Shown here in pieces: positions 1 through 11,289 of a stretch of DNA of 64,000 bases. The notes beneath the pieces were generated by a model. The model saw only the letters and a program-made list of their open reading frames with translations, was not told the origin of the DNA and searched no databases. The stretch is from NCBI GenBank assembly GCA_947446605.1, contig CANFHJ010000001.1, forward strand, positions 2,071 through 66,070. The letters are read 5' to 3'. The first letter of the stretch is position 1. Each line of letters begins with the position of its first letter. The position numbers and the translations under genes are program-made. Source of the stretch: Bacteroidota bacterium (lineage in GTDB: Bacteria > Bacteroidota > Bacteroidia > UKL13-3).

Positions 1-358
1 GGCTTATGCTCAGTGAAATAGCTTTACCTAAAGTAGTTTTTTCTTCTATTTTTCTTAATTCAGTAGTGGTGGGATTTGGTCTATTCATGTATTGCCACCA
101 TTTGTAATCTGGCCCAAATTCCCATGGCCATTTTTCAATAATGGCAACATCTTTACCTAAACTATCTACGCTATCTTGTAGGTTTTTTTGTAAAGAATCT
201 ACAATACTCAAAACCATTATAATGCAAAAGATTCCAATGGTAATTCCTAATGTAGATAGCAAGGTTCGAACCATATTACTGCGCAACGCACTGAAGGCAG
301 AAATAGCGCTTTCGCTAATCTGTCCTACAATTAATAAAGTTTGGTTGTTGCGTTTCAT
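1..358 (-). CDS. ABC transporter permease, FtsX/MacB family (N-terminal part only; gene runs off the window start)
   Basis: The reverse complement from ATG (356-358) translates to MKRNNQTLLIVGQISESAISAFSALRSNMVRTLLSTLGITIGIFCII...DSLGKDVAIIEKWPWEF. This is a typical MacB/FtsX permease N-terminus (TM1 followed by a periplasmic domain) and is paralogous to the ORF at 12782-14014. The frame stays open to position 1. The track ORF 141-476(+) is its antisense. Confidence 0.55.
   Translation of the reverse strand, partial: MKRNNQTLLIVGQISESAISAFSALRSNMVRTLLSTLGITIGIFCIIMVLSIVDSLQKNLQDSVDSLGKDVAIIEKWPWEFGPDYKWWQYMNRPNPTTTELRKIEEKTTLGKAISLSIS
263..272. repeat. GGTTCGAACC palindrome, copy 1 (inside the FtsX permease gene)
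   Basis: Exact 10-mer. Confidence 0.9.
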
Positions 359-382
359 AATGGTTAAACCAGTTTATTTTTT

Positions 383-1360
383 TTATTGGTTGTTGGTATT
401 ATCTGTAAGGGTGTCGTATGCCTTGATAATGTTTTTTACCAATTTATGCCTTACTACATCCTCAAAGGTGAGATAGGCAAATTCTATTCCTTCAATGTCT
501 TTAAGTATTTTAACCGCTTTCACCAAACCCGACATCCCCTTACGTGGTAAATCAATTTGTGTTAAGTCACCCGTAATAATAAACTTTGCGTTCGGCCCCA
601 TTCGGGTTAAAAACATTTTTAACTGCAAATCTGTAGCATTTTGTGCCTCATCTAAAATTACATAAGCATGGTCTAATGTTCTTCCACGCATAAATGCCAT
701 AGGTGCAATTTCAATAACACGTGTTTCTATATACGATTTCAGTTTATCTGCTGGAATCATATCGTCTAAGGCATCATAAAGTGGTCGCAAATAAGGATCT
801 ATCTTTTCTTTTAAATCACCTGGCAAAAAACCTAAATTCTCCCCAGCTTCCACCGCAGGTCTAGCCAAAATAATGCGTTTAATTTCTTTATTCTTTAATG
901 CTTTTACTGCCAATGCTACTGCCGTGTATGTTTTACCAGTGCCCGCAGGACCAATTGCAAACAAAATATCATTGTTGTGCATTAAGGAAACCATTTTCTT
1001 TTGGTTAGGCGTTTTTGCACGAATTACTTTTGCATGGTTACCATACAAAATAATATCGCCCTGGTCCTTTACCTCAGCATTGTCTGCTAATTTATTTTCT
1101 TGCGACATACTTCCACTAAAAATTCCTTCCAGTTGAAGTGCAGAAATGCCACCATACCTTTGTATATGGGCAATCATGTGGTTGAATTTCTCTTCAAAAA
1201 GTTCAATTTCTTGTTTCTTTCCGCTCAGAATAACCTGGTTTCCTCTGGCAACTATTTTCAATTGGGGAAAATGTACTTGAAAAGTTTTTAAGTGGTTATT
1301 ATGAACGCCAAAAGCCTCGGAAGGGTCAAGATGTTCAATTAAGATTTCTTTGGTATTCAA
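383..1360 (-). CDS. phoH: PhoH-like ATPase
   Basis: 325 aa with Walker A GPAGTGKTY, a PhoH domain and an N-terminal KH-like region. The start appears to be TTG. Confidence 0.85.
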   Translation of the reverse strand: MNTKEILIEHLDPSEAFGVHNNHLKTFQVHFPQLKIVARGNQVILSGKKQEIELFEEKFNHMIAHIQRYGGISALQLEGIFSGSMSQENKLADNAEVKDQGDIILYGNHAKVIRAKTPNQKKMVSLMHNNDILFAIGPAGTGKTYTAVALAVKALKNKEIKRIILARPAVEAGENLGFLPGDLKEKIDPYLRPLYDALDDMIPADKLKSYIETRVIEIAPMAFMRGRTLDHAYVILDEAQNATDLQLKMFLTRMGPNAKFIITGDLTQIDLPRKGMSGLVKAVKILKDIEGIEFAYLTFEDVVRHKLVKNIIKAYDTLTDNTNNQ

Positions 1361-1406
1361 TTTTTGCTGATCTTGCTGTTAATTTGTACGAAAATAATAA
1401 AAGAAT

Positions 1407-2201
1407 TTGAACTCTGTTATAACATTGGTTTCTGATTATGGCCCAGGTAGTCCATATACTGCAGCAATGCTTGGTTCTGCTATTAGCCTAATGCCCGAAA
1501 CCCGCGTTGTTGAAGTGTCTCACCATATTCCTGTTTTCGATTTAACCCAGGCAGCTTTTATTCTTAGGACGGTTTATCAGCAGTTTCCAAAAGGCTCAAT
1601 TCACCTAATATGCCTAGATACAAGTATTGCCTTACACAAGCAATTTCTATTTATGGAGGTTGATGGGCACTATTTTTTAGGCGCAGATAATGGTGTTTTC
1701 TCTCTTTTGTTTGACGAAAAGCCAAATAATATTTATAAAATTCTGCTTTCTCCAAACGCAATCACCGACCTTTTTCCTGAGAAAAATATTTTCCTTCCTT
1801 TTGTCTCAAAATTCTTGCAGCAGGGCAATTTAAATGGCTTGGCCGAACCAACTGCTATTATGAATGAAAAGCAGGGAATTCAAGCGGTGTTTGAAGAGCA
1901 TTTAATAAAAGCAAGTATTCTATACATAGACGGTTACCAAAATGCCATCACCAATATTTCAAAAGAATTGTTTGAACGCGTTCGTGCCAATAGAAAATTC
2001 AAGTTGTATTATTGGGGTAAACACTCAATTGATAAGGTGAGCGAACATTTTCACCAAGGAGGACCTGGAGAAGATGTTTTGCTCTTCAATGAAAACAATT
2101 TCCTCATGATTGCCATGTATAGAGGAAGGGCAGCCCAATTATTAGGACTCAAGCCAGGTTCAAAATTTGTGGTAGAATTTGAAGATGCAGAGACTAACTA
2201 G
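1407..2201 (+). CDS. SAM hydroxide adenosyltransferase family protein (DUF62 / chlorinase-fluorinase-like)
   Basis: 264 aa. The N-terminus VITLVSDYGPGSPYTAAM matches the DUF62 family signature (ITLxTDFG..Y). The start is TTG in the track. Confidence 0.5.
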   Translation: MNSVITLVSDYGPGSPYTAAMLGSAISLMPETRVVEVSHHIPVFDLTQAAFILRTVYQQFPKGSIHLICLDTSIALHKQFLFMEVDGHYFLGADNGVFSLLFDEKPNNIYKILLSPNAITDLFPEKNIFLPFVSKFLQQGNLNGLAEPTAIMNEKQGIQAVFEEHLIKASILYIDGYQNAITNISKELFERVRANRKFKLYYWGKHSIDKVSEHFHQGGPGEDVLLFNENNFLMIAMYRGRAAQLLGLKPGSKFVVEFEDAETN

Positions 2202-3565
2202 TCGTTGCTTTCTCCTCTTTTTAAACTGTATTTCTCAATTTTATTGTAAAGGTGACTTCTTTGAATGTCAATTTCAGCGGCAGTTTTGGCCACATTCCAA
2301 CCATTCTTTTTAAGCTTTTCTTCAATAAAAATACGTTCTACATATTCTTTAAATTCTTGTAAAGTACTAAAGCGTTCATAGATAGATTTTTCCTCATCAC
2401 GCGCATTAATTGGGCTCGCAAATTTTTGGATATCTTCTAATGTAATTCTTGGCTGACCCAATATTATCAGTCGTTCTACAATATTTCTGAGTTCACGGAT
2501 ATTGCCACTAAAATTTAATTTTTTAAATTCTTCTAATGCTTGTGGCATAAAGTTTTTACGCGGTAAACCACCATCTTCGCAAATTTCTTTTACAAATTTT
2601 TCAGCTAAAAGTGGAATATCATCTCTGCGTTCATTAAGCGATGGAACATGAATAAGAATTACACTTAAACGATGGTACAAGTCCATTCTAAATGTTCCTT
2701 TTTCAATTTCTTTTAAAAGATTTTTATTGGTAGCAGCAATTACGCGTACATCTACTTCAATGTCTTTTTCACCACCAACTCGGGTTATTTTGTTTTCTTG
2801 CAAAGCACGTAAAACCTTGGCTTGAGCAGATAAACTCATATCGCCTACCTCATCTAAAAAGATAGTACCATTATGCGCTTGTTCAAATTTTCCTATACGT
2901 TGTTTGATGGCAGATGTAAAGGCTCCTTTTTCATGCCCAAATAGTTCACTTTCTATCAACTCAGTAGGAATTGCAGCACAATTCACTTCAATCAATGGGT
3001 TTTTTGAACGCAAACTTTTTTCGTAAATCCAACGTGCAACCAATTCCTTTCCTGTGCCATTTTCACCTGTAATCAATACCCTTGCATCAGTTGGTGCTAC
3101 CTTGTCTATGGTATCCATGATATTAGTAATAGCAGGAGAATCGCCAATAATATCACGTGTTTTGGATGCTTTTCTGCGTAATACTTTTGTCTCAATTACC
3201 AATTCCTTGCGGTCTATGGTATTGCGCAAAGTGATCAATAATTTATTAAGGTCTGGTGGTTTAACTATAAAATCGAAGGCGCCTTTTTTTGTTGCCTCAA
3301 CAGCCATTTCAACATTGCCATGTCCAGATATCATTACAAACGGAAGGTCTTCGTCAATTTCCTTTGCCCTTGCTAAAACAGCCATACCATCCATTTTGGG
3401 CATTTTTACATCGCACAAAACAGCATCGTATTCTTCGTTTTCAATTTTTTGCAAACCTTCCTCCCCATTGGCGGCTTCGTCCACTTGGTAACTTTCATAT
3501 TCGAGAATTTCACGAAGTGTATTGCGAATTGCTTTCTCGTCGTCTATTATTAAGATTCTGGCCAT
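2198..3565 (-). CDS. sigma-54-dependent Fis-family response regulator (NtrC-like)
   Basis: 455 aa with a REC domain (ILIIDDE...D54-like), an AAA+ sigma-54 interaction domain (GENGTGKE, GAFTSA) and a C-terminal Fis-type HTH. Confidence 0.85.
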   Translation of the reverse strand: MARILIIDDEKAIRNTLREILEYESYQVDEAANGEEGLQKIENEEYDAVLCDVKMPKMDGMAVLARAKEIDEDLPFVMISGHGNVEMAVEATKKGAFDFIVKPPDLNKLLITLRNTIDRKELVIETKVLRRKASKTRDIIGDSPAITNIMDTIDKVAPTDARVLITGENGTGKELVARWIYEKSLRSKNPLIEVNCAAIPTELIESELFGHEKGAFTSAIKQRIGKFEQAHNGTIFLDEVGDMSLSAQAKVLRALQENKITRVGGEKDIEVDVRVIAATNKNLLKEIEKGTFRMDLYHRLSVILIHVPSLNERRDDIPLLAEKFVKEICEDGGLPRKNFMPQALEEFKKLNFSGNIRELRNIVERLIILGQPRITLEDIQKFASPINARDEEKSIYERFSTLQEFKEYVERIFIEEKLKKNGWNVAKTAAEIDIQRSHLYNKIEKYSLKRGESND

Positions 3566-3643
3566 AACTTTATTTGCTTGAATTTGTAAAAGTGAGGATT
3601 TTTACAATCAATTAATACTTTGTTGATATTTGGTTGATTTTTT

Positions 3644-4516
3644 ATGTTCAAGATACAACTTCAAAACGCCTTCGAATTACAATTTGGAAAAACTCCTCAG
3701 GTATATGGAATTCACCATATTGGCGGGGGAGAGCTTAATCAAAACTACAAAATACTGTCAGATATAGGGCTCTTTTTTGTAAAGGTGAATGTTAAAGAAA
3801 ATTTGCCTAAATTGTTTGAAAAAGAGCAATTAGCCATAAAAACCCTTCGTAAAACAAATACAATTGCAGTAGTCAATCCAATTGGAATAGTAGAAATTAA
3901 TAATAAAAAAGTCTTTTTTCTAGATTTTGTAGAGCAGGCACCTCGCGCTAAAAATTTCTGGGGAGATTTTGGCACATCTTTGGCCAATTTGCATAAATGT
4001 ACGAGTTCAAATTTTGGTTTTGAAGAAGATAATTATATAGCTTCTTACCTTCAGAAAAATAAAACCAGCAATAATTGGGGTACCTTCTACACTAAAAACA
4101 GGCTAATTCCAGCTGTTAAGTTTGCTTCAGGTTTAATGCTATTGCAATCAGGTCACCTCAATAAGTTTGAAAAGGTTTATGAAATAGCAGAATTTGCTTT
4201 CTCCAATGAAATTCCTTCCTTATTACATGGAAATTTATGGCACCACCATATTATCACAGCTACTGATGGAAAGGCACTCTTATGCAATCCTTCGAGTTAT
4301 TATGGCCATAGAGAAATGGATATAGCCATGACTAAAATGTTGGGTGGGTTCCACCAAGAATTTTATGAAGCCTATAATGCCAACTATCCTTTAAGCAGTG
4401 ATTGGGAAATTCGTCTAGATTTTTGTCAAATCTATTATGAATTGGTAAATCTTTGCAATTATGGAACAGCCTATTTACCTGCTGTGGAAGCAAGATTAAA
4501 TAAGTGGGTTAAATAA
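3644..4516 (+). CDS. fructosamine/ketosamine kinase family protein
   Basis: 290 aa aminoglycoside-phosphotransferase-like fold. The HGNLW motif resembles HGDLWSGN of fructosamine-3-kinases. Confidence 0.5.
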   Translation: MFKIQLQNAFELQFGKTPQVYGIHHIGGGELNQNYKILSDIGLFFVKVNVKENLPKLFEKEQLAIKTLRKTNTIAVVNPIGIVEINNKKVFFLDFVEQAPRAKNFWGDFGTSLANLHKCTSSNFGFEEDNYIASYLQKNKTSNNWGTFYTKNRLIPAVKFASGLMLLQSGHLNKFEKVYEIAEFAFSNEIPSLLHGNLWHHHIITATDGKALLCNPSSYYGHREMDIAMTKMLGGFHQEFYEAYNANYPLSSDWEIRLDFCQIYYELVNLCNYGTAYLPAVEARLNKWVK

Positions 4517-4519
4517 TTT

Positions 4520-5383
4520 TTACTTATACAATTCTATTGCTTCAAGGGTATTTAGCAATAAACCAACACGTGTCATTGGCCCAACGCCCCCCGGCACCGG
4601 TGTAATCCAACTGCTTTTTGGTGCAACAGAATCAAAATCAACATCACCTTTTAATTTATATCCAGTTTTAGTGCTGCTATCTTCAATGCGGGTAATACCT
4701 ACATCCACAACCACTGCACCTGCTTTAATCATATCTCCTTTTAAGAAGCCTGGAATGCCTAATGCTGCAATAACTATATCGGCCTCACGGGTAAAAGATG
4801 GAAGATCCACCGTTTTGCTATGCACCACTGTAACTGTACAGTTCTTTTGAAGCATTAAGGCGCTCATTGGTTTGCCTACAATATCACTTCTTCCTATAAT
4901 TACGCAATGCTTTCCTGTAGTTTCTATTTGATAGTGTTCTAATAATTTAACAATGCCATAAGGGGTTGCAGGTAAAAAAGTTCTTAAACCCTTAAACATT
5001 AAACCAACATTCATTGGGTGAAATCCATCAACGTCTTTTTTATAACTAATAGTTTCTGTTATTTTCTTTTCATTGATATGCTTTGGAAGCGGCAATTGAA
5101 CAATCAAACCATCAATGGCCGGATTTTCATTGATTTTAATTACCTCATTTATCAATTCCTCTTCCGTAATGGAGGCATCAAAACGCAATACAGTTGAATC
5201 GAAACCAACTTCATGGCAATCCTTTTCTTTTGCAGCCACATAGGTCATACTAGCACCATCGCCACCTACTAAAATAGCTGCTAAGTGAGGTGTTTTTTTA
5301 CCTGAGGCTTTAATGAAATCAACTTTCTCTTTGATTTCAATCTTAATTTTTTTCGATACTTCGTTTCCGTTCAGTAATTCCAT
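4520..5383 (-). CDS. folD: bifunctional methylenetetrahydrofolate dehydrogenase / methenyl-THF cyclohydrolase
   Basis: Clear FolD homology (MELLNG...[10 protein letters not shown]...GRSDIVGKP). Start taken at the internal ATG 5381-5383 (MELLNGNEV) rather than the track's upstream M. Confidence 0.85.
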   Translation of the reverse strand: MELLNGNEVSKKIKIEIKEKVDFIKASGKKTPHLAAILVGGDGASMTYVAAKEKDCHEVGFDSTVLRFDASITEEELINEVIKINENPAIDGLIVQLPLPKHINEKKITETISYKKDVDGFHPMNVGLMFKGLRTFLPATPYGIVKLLEHYQIETTGKHCVIIGRSDIVGKPMSALMLQKNCTVTVVHSKTVDLPSFTREADIVIAALGIPGFLKGDMIKAGAVVVDVGITRIEDSSTKTGYKLKGDVDFDSVAPKSSWITPVPGGVGPMTRVGLLLNTLEAIELYK

Positions 5384-5393
5384 AGTTTTATAT

Positions 5394-5843
5394 TTATACG
5401 GCAAATTGTTGCAAATGATGATCAAGATGTTTGTATTGTCCAAACCCATGTTGAGCAGGACTTAAATGTCCATAAAACGAACTGGGATGCTTGGTGCATT
5501 TACTGGCTCCACCCATTGAAAATTCTTTAACTAAATTAATTAACCTATTTTTTGCTTTTTCAAACTCAATTGGATCGCTCACCAAAAGACTTTTAGCAGT
5601 GGCTAGGTTTTTCTTATAAGGCGTGTCGTTATAATACAATGATTTAAACAAGGGACCTAGAATATATCCCAATAGCATACGAGGTTCCTTGGTTTTACCC
5701 GTTGCAAAATCTAAAGCAAGTGCACAATGCTCCATAGTTTGAGCTGCATTCATTTTGCCCCATTGCGCCAAAGAAGCTGGTTTTAATTGATTAATTCTAT
5801 CTAAAACTTCTGCTAAGGTTTCAATGTCGTAAAGACTTTTCAT
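5394..5843 (-). CDS. DUF1569 domain protein
   Basis: 149 aa with motifs [13 protein letters not shown] and [11 protein letters not shown], characteristic of the Bacteroidota DUF1569 family. Confidence 0.5.
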   Translation of the reverse strand: MKSLYDIETLAEVLDRINQLKPASLAQWGKMNAAQTMEHCALALDFATGKTKEPRMLLGYILGPLFKSLYYNDTPYKKNLATAKSLLVSDPIEFEKAKNRLINLVKEFSMGGASKCTKHPSSFYGHLSPAQHGFGQYKHLDHHLQQFAV

Positions 5844-5906
5844 ATTGCTTCGAAATAAAGGATTGCTATTTAATAATAATATGATATTTGTCTTTGTATG
5901 GAATAC

Positions 5907-7694
5907 TTAATCAAGCTTTAAAACGGCCATAAATGCAGATTGTGGTATTTCTACCGAACCTACCTGGCGCATACGTTTTTTACCTTCTTTTTGCTTCTCA
6001 AGTAATTTTCTCTTACGGGAAATATCACCACCATAACACTTGGCTGTAACATCTTTTCTTAGTGCTTTCAAGGTTTCACGGGCAATAACTTTTGCGCCAA
6101 TACTTGCCTGAATCGGAATTTCAAACTGGTGTCTTGGAATCAATTCTCTTAATTTCTCGCAAATTCTTTTGCCAAAATCATATGCCCTGTCTCTATGAAT
6201 AATGGCAGATAATGCATCAATATTGTCTTTGTTTAAAAGAATATCAAGCTTTACTAAATCAGATTCAACATACCCAATTGGATGGTAATCAAAAGAGGCA
6301 TACCCTTTTGAAATGGTCTTCAATTTGTCGAAAAAGTCAAATACAACCTCTGCCAACGGCATATCAAACACCATCTCTACGCGGGTTGTGGTTAAATATT
6401 TTTGTTCCTTTAAAATACCACGCTTTCCTAAACATAATCCCATAATAGGACCAACATAATCCACATGCGTAATGATTTGAGCTTTTATAAAAGGCTCCTC
6501 CACATGGTCAATATAATTGGCATCTGGCAAATCACTTGGGTTGTTCACCACATTCATTACGCCTTTTTTATCATAACAATGGTAACTTACATTGGGTACA
6601 GTGGTAATTACCGTCATTTTGAACTCACGTTCTAAACGCTCCTGAATAATCTCCATATGCAACATGCCCAAAAATCCACAACGGAATCCAAAACCTAATG
6701 CTGCCGATGATTCTGGCTCAAAAGTTAATGACGCGTCATTGAGTTGTAATTTGTACATACTCTCGCGCAATTCTTCAAAATCTTCCGTATCAACAGGATA
6801 AATACCGGCAAATACCATTGGTTTTACTTCTTCAAATCCCTTAATAGATTCAGTAGTTGGTCTGTCTACATGGGTTATGGTATCGCCCACTTTTACCTCT
6901 CTGGCTTCTTTAATTCCCGAAATAATATACCCAACATCACCAGCCGAAATTTGTGCACGGGGCTCTGGGTTCAAACCCAAAATACCAACTTCATCTGCCA
7001 AATATTCACTGTTATTTGACATGAACTTCACCTTGTCGCCTTTTTTAATTACACCATCAATTACCCTGAAATAGGCAATAATGCCTCTAAAAGAATTAAA
7101 TACTGAATCAAAAATTAATGCTTTTAAAGGTGCCTTAATATCTCCAACTGGCGGTGGAACGCGCTTTACAATTGCTTTTAATATATCGTGCACGCCTGCG
7201 CCGGTTTTTCCGCTCGCCCTTAAAATGTCTTCATAATCACATCCAATCAAATCTATAATTTGGTCACTTACCTCCTCAGGCATAGAGTGGGGTAGGTCAA
7301 TTTTATTTAATATGGGAATGATCTCTAAGCCTTGTTCAATTGCTAAATATAAATTAGAAATGGTTTGGGCTTGAATTCCCTGACTAGAATCTACAATTAA
7401 TAATGCGCCATCACAAGCAGCAATAGAACGAGAAACCTCATAACTAAAATCCACATGTCCTGGTGTATCAATGAGATTGAGTTTATACTTTTTCCCATCT
7501 AACTCATAGTCCATTTGAATGGCATGGCTTTTAATGGTAATCCCGCGCTCGCGCTCTAAATCCATGTTGTCTAGCAATTGGGCCTGCATTTCCCTCACTG
7601 ATGTTGTATTGGTATATTCTAATAACCTGTCAGCTAGTGTGCTTTTACCGTGATCGATATGGGCTATGATACAAAAATTTCTAATATGGTCCAT
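5907..7694 (-). CDS. lepA: elongation factor 4 (LepA)
   Basis: 595 aa with GTPase motifs ([21 protein letters not shown]) and the LepA C-terminal domain. Confidence 0.95.
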   Translation of the reverse strand: MDHIRNFCIIAHIDHGKSTLADRLLEYTNTTSVREMQAQLLDNMDLERERGITIKSHAIQMDYELDGKKYKLNLIDTPGHVDFSYEVSRSIAACDGALLIVDSSQGIQAQTISNLYLAIEQGLEIIPILNKIDLPHSMPEEVSDQIIDLIGCDYEDILRASGKTGAGVHDILKAIVKRVPPPVGDIKAPLKALIFDSVFNSFRGIIAYFRVIDGVIKKGDKVKFMSNNSEYLADEVGILGLNPEPRAQISAGDVGYIISGIKEAREVKVGDTITHVDRPTTESIKGFEEVKPMVFAGIYPVDTEDFEELRESMYKLQLNDASLTFEPESSAALGFGFRCGFLGMLHMEIIQERLEREFKMTVITTVPNVSYHCYDKKGVMNVVNNPSDLPDANYIDHVEEPFIKAQIITHVDYVGPIMGLCLGKRGILKEQKYLTTTRVEMVFDMPLAEVVFDFFDKLKTISKGYASFDYHPIGYVESDLVKLDILLNKDNIDALSAIIHRDRAYDFGKRICEKLRELIPRHQFEIPIQASIGAKVIARETLKALRKDVTAKCYGGDISRKRKLLEKQKEGKKRMRQVGSVEIPQSAFMAVLKLD

Positions 7695-7896
7695 TGGCGC
7701 GAAAGTACTTAAAATTCAGCTTATTTTTTGTAAGTTTTTATTGGGTTGACCCAAATTTCTAGGATGGGTAAGGTTTTACGGCTACTTGAGAAGTTTAACT
7801 GGATCTGCCTATCAATTTTTCACCAAAGAATTATTGTTATTCTTGTTGTTTTACCGGTTAAATCCTTGCTGTGGTATTTTTTCTTATTTTCGCCTA

Positions 7897-9228
7897 ATGA
7901 TAATGGAAATATTTTTTCAAACTCCCCCGCTCTGGATTGTAAGTCCTTTTGTTGCTTTACTTTTGTTAATTGCTACAGGACCAGTCTTGTTTCCTGGTTT
8001 TTGGCACCATTATTACAAACATGTGAGCATAGGTTTAGGTAGCTTGGTTGCCTTATATTATGTGATAGTTTTAGGAAATAACGTTTTGCCAATAGAAACT
8101 TTAGCAGAATATGCTTCCTTCATCAGTCTTCTTACAATTTTATACATTGCCAGTGGGGGCATTTTCCTTTTTGTTGATGTAGAATCAAAAGCTTGGGTAA
8201 ACATCCTGTTTTTGTTCTTAGCAGCCATTTTTACAAATATCATAGGAACAACTGGCGCCTCGGTTTTATTTATTAGACCTTTTATGCGTATTAATCGCTA
8301 CCGCCTAAAGCCTTATCATATCATTTTCTTTATTTTTATTATTTCAAACGTTGGCGGTTCACTCACGCCAATTGGCGATCCTCCATTGTTTATGGGTTTT
8401 TTAAAAGGTGTGCCTTTTACCTATACAATTACTCAGCTTTGGGCGCCTTGGTTAGTTGCTATCAGCTGCCTTTTGCTTATCTTTTATTTTTTCGAAAAAC
8501 AAAATACCAGTTTAGATGAAGTGGATGTAAGTGCACATTATTCCAATAAAATTATTATCAGTGGAAAGCGTAATTTTATATGGCTCTTTTTAGGTGTAGC
8601 AACCGTTTTCCTCGATCCTAATATTTTTGATACCTTACCCTATATTGCCTTTCATGGTAAGAAAATTTCCTTTTTAAGGGAGTTAGTTCAACTCAGCGCT
8701 TCCTTTTTCTGTTTCCGGTATGCCAACAAAAAAGCACTTCAAGGAAATAATTTTGATTTTGACGCCATCAAAGAAGTTGCCTTCCTTTTTATAGGTATTT
8801 TTCTTTGTATGATGCCGGCATTACAATCCTTAGAAGCTTTTGCAGTTAATCAAAGCGATTCATTGGTTTTAAGTCCAAGTCTTATTTATTGGGGTAGCGG
8901 ATTTTTTAGCAGCGTACTCGATAATGCGCCAACCTACTTAAACGTAATGGCCCTTATTTTATCAAACAAGCACCTTAGCCTAAATTCAATTGCTGATGTC
9001 CATCAATTTATGCAAACTGATGGTATATTGCTCTTGCGTGCCTTGTCGGTGGGAGCTGTGTTTTTTGGCGCTATGACTTATATAGGCAATGGCCCCAATT
9101 TTATGGTTAAGGCAATTGCCGAGCAAACGGGTGTTAAAATGCCAAATTTTGGAAAATATATTTGGCGTTATAGTTTGCCAATTCTATTGCCAGTATTGGT
9201 TCTCGTTTGTTTGCTGTTTTTTATTTAG
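7897..9228 (+). CDS. polytopic membrane transporter (ArsB/NhaD/CitMHS-like ion transporter superfamily, tentative)
   Basis: About 10-12 predicted TM helices. Start moved to ATG 7897 (MIMEIFF) because the upstream portion of the track ORF overlaps the lepA promoter region. Family assignment is uncertain. Confidence 0.4.
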   Translation: MIMEIFFQTPPLWIVSPFVALLLLIATGPVLFPGFWHHYYKHVSIGLGSLVALYYVIVLGNNVLPIETLAEYASFISLLTILYIASGGIFLFVDVESKAWVNILFLFLAAIFTNIIGTTGASVLFIRPFMRINRYRLKPYHIIFFIFIISNVGGSLTPIGDPPLFMGFLKGVPFTYTITQLWAPWLVAISCLLLIFYFFEKQNTSLDEVDVSAHYSNKIIISGKRNFIWLFLGVATVFLDPNIFDTLPYIAFHGKKISFLRELVQLSASFFCFRYANKKALQGNNFDFDAIKEVAFLFIGIFLCMMPALQSLEAFAVNQSDSLVLSPSLIYWGSGFFSSVLDNAPTYLNVMALILSNKHLSLNSIADVHQFMQTDGILLLRALSVGAVFFGAMTYIGNGPNFMVKAIAEQTGVKMPNFGKYIWRYSLPILLPVLVLVCLLFFI

Positions 9229-9247
9229 TTTAATTTGTAGCTGATTT

Positions 9248-9988
9248 ATGTTAAACGGGAAAAAAATAGTAGTTGTTCTGCCAGCCTACAATGCCGCTAG
9301 AACCCTTGAGAAAACCTATCAAGAAATACCATTCGATATTGTGGATGATGTAATTCTTGTGGATGATGCAAGTAAAGACGATACCTCCGAATTAGGTCGT
9401 AAAATTGGTATCAAACATGTGATTAAACACGAGAAAAACAAAGGGTATGGCGGTAACCAGAAAACTTGTTACCAAAAGGCCTTGGAACTCAATGCAGACA
9501 TCGTAATTATGCTGCACCCAGACTACCAATACACGCCCAAATTAATCATGGCCATGAGCAGTATCATTGCTTTTGATGTTTATCCAGTTGTATTTGGTTC
9601 ACGTATCCTTGGGAAAGGAGCCCTGCATGGTGGTATGCCAATGTATAAATACATTTTCAACCGCATGCTTACCTTGTTCCAAAATATCTTAATGGGACAA
9701 AAATTATCTGAATACCATACAGGCTATAGGTCTTTTAGTGCAAAGGTTTTAAAGGATGTGCCATTCCATTTATGCAGTGATGATTTTGTGTTCGACAATG
9801 AAATTTGTGCGCAAATTTTCATGAAAGGCTATGAAATTGCAGAAGTGACTTGTCCAACCAAATATTTTGAGGAAGCCTCATCAATAAACTTTAAAAGGAG
9901 CAGTATTTATGGTTTAGGCGTACTTAGAACCAGTATTTTTTACCGCTTGAAAAAATGGGGTATTGCTACCCACAGAATTTACAAATAG
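9248..9988 (+). CDS. family 2 glycosyltransferase (dolichol-phosphate mannosyltransferase-like)
   Basis: 246 aa with a GT2 signature (VVLPAYNAA...LVDDASKDDT, DAD-like motif). Confidence 0.75.
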   Translation: MLNGKKIVVVLPAYNAARTLEKTYQEIPFDIVDDVILVDDASKDDTSELGRKIGIKHVIKHEKNKGYGGNQKTCYQKALELNADIVIMLHPDYQYTPKLIMAMSSIIAFDVYPVVFGSRILGKGALHGGMPMYKYIFNRMLTLFQNILMGQKLSEYHTGYRSFSAKVLKDVPFHLCSDDFVFDNEICAQIFMKGYEIAEVTCPTKYFEEASSINFKRSSIYGLGVLRTSIFYRLKKWGIATHRIYK

Positions 9989-9989
9989 T

Positions 9990-10547
9990 TTAGTATTTTC
10001 TTGCCAAAGAAACCTTCACCATGGTTTTGTCCCAATGGAAAACCAAATTGAAATTTCCCGATGAATCTTTTTTATCAAAGCTAATTTCAAATTGCTCTTG
10101 AAATAATGCTTCATTGTCTGCAGCTATCTCTGCTCTTAATACGTCGGTTTCAATATTTGCCTCTTGCGCTCCCCAACGGTCCCATTCTTTGTTAATGCAA
10201 ACGGTCCATTTATCATGACCCGGATAGGCATACATGGCATATTTTCCTGGCGCTAATTCTTTATCGTGGAAGAAAATGGTTTGATTGGTTTCTATGGTGG
10301 TTGCTTCATTTGCTCCCAAGCGCCAATACTTGCCATAAGGCTGCAATGCACCTGCTTCTTCTTCTCCAAAAATGATACGTCCCTTGGCAAAAGGCCTGCA
10401 ATAATTCACCTTTATTTGTAAATCATTGTCATTAAATTCTGCTGTTGCAGCCGGACTATGTTTCTTTGTATCCTTTTTGAACCAATTGAAAAACAGAAGC
10501 AAACCAATTACTATAACACCAGTTATTATTAAAACCTTTTTTAACAT
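9990..10547 (-). CDS. DUF2911-like secreted protein
   Basis: 185 aa with an N-terminal signal/TM anchor. The YWRLGANEAT-type motif is recalled from DUF2911. Confidence 0.4.
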   Translation of the reverse strand: MLKKVLIITGVIVIGLLLFFNWFKKDTKKHSPAATAEFNDNDLQIKVNYCRPFAKGRIIFGEEEAGALQPYGKYWRLGANEATTIETNQTIFFHDKELAPGKYAMYAYPGHDKWTVCINKEWDRWGAQEANIETDVLRAEIAADNEALFQEQFEISFDKKDSSGNFNLVFHWDKTMVKVSLARKY

Positions 10548-10590
10548 ATTTTATCCAATTGACAATCAAACATACTAATAATAATTTTAT

Positions 10591-11283
10591 TTAGGATAAA
10601 TTTCTTAAGTAGCTTATTTCTAACTCACTTAAAGGCCTTATTTCTCCTGCTCTTAAGTTGCCTAATTCAATTTCGCCTATATGAATTCTCTTAAGTTTTA
10701 ACACATAATTGCCCAGCGCAAAACTCATTCTCCTTATTTGTCGGTTCATGCCTTGCTCAAGCACAATGGTGAAATTATAAGAGTCTATGGCCTCAACTTT
10801 GCAGGGTAAGGTTTTCTTGCCTAAAATTTCAACCCCTGTTGCCATAGCAGTTATAAAATTTTCGTGCATTTCCTTTTCCAAACAAACCTCATAAATCTTT
10901 TTCAATTTTCTTTCAGGTTGGATTATTTTATTGTACAAATTACCGTCATTGGTTAAGAGTAATAATCCTTCTGAGGCCTTGTCTAATCTGCCTGCATAAA
11001 ACAAATCTGTTGGAATCTTGCCTTTTAGTGAATCTGTAATTTCTCCATTTAATGTGCATTCAATGCCTCTAGGTTTATGGTAGGCAAAGTATTGGTAATT
11101 GGCTGGATTTTGAATTAAAAAATCTTTAAACTTGAGCGCTTGGTAAGGGCCCACCAACTCGTTTTCTTTTACAATTTTAGTGTCCAAAGAAATCTCTGCA
11201 TTTGCCAGTGCTGCTTTGGCCTCGGCATGACTAATTTTTAGTTTTTTTACAACTAAATAAATAATACGGTGGCGGTAATTCAA
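10591..11283 (-). CDS. RsuA/RluF-family rRNA pseudouridine synthase
   Basis: 230 aa with an S4 domain followed by the catalytic motif GRLDKASEGLLLLTNDG. The start appears to be TTG. Confidence 0.8.
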   Translation of the reverse strand: MNYRHRIIYLVVKKLKISHAEAKAALANAEISLDTKIVKENELVGPYQALKFKDFLIQNPANYQYFAYHKPRGIECTLNGEITDSLKGKIPTDLFYAGRLDKASEGLLLLTNDGNLYNKIIQPERKLKKIYEVCLEKEMHENFITAMATGVEILGKKTLPCKVEAIDSYNFTIVLEQGMNRQIRRMSFALGNYVLKLKRIHIGEIELGNLRAGEIRPLSELEISYLRNLS

Positions 11284-11289
11284 ATAGAT

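Noticed and set aside
141-476. Track ORF of 111 aa on the plus strand
   Set aside because: It is antisense to a much better-supported FtsX/MacB permease N-terminus (minus strand, ATG at 356-358) and overlaps the phoH 3' end. Its product has no recognisable features.
2195-2203. Convergent genes 1407-2201(+) and 2198-3565(-) sharing overlapping stop codons within CTAG
   Set aside because: A 4-nt convergent overlap is common and carries no evident regulatory meaning.
7746-8042. Alternative-frame ORF overlapping the transporter start
   Set aside because: It is a different frame from the long TM-rich ORF and looks like a low-complexity hydrophobic artefact. The transporter start was reassigned to ATG 7897 instead.
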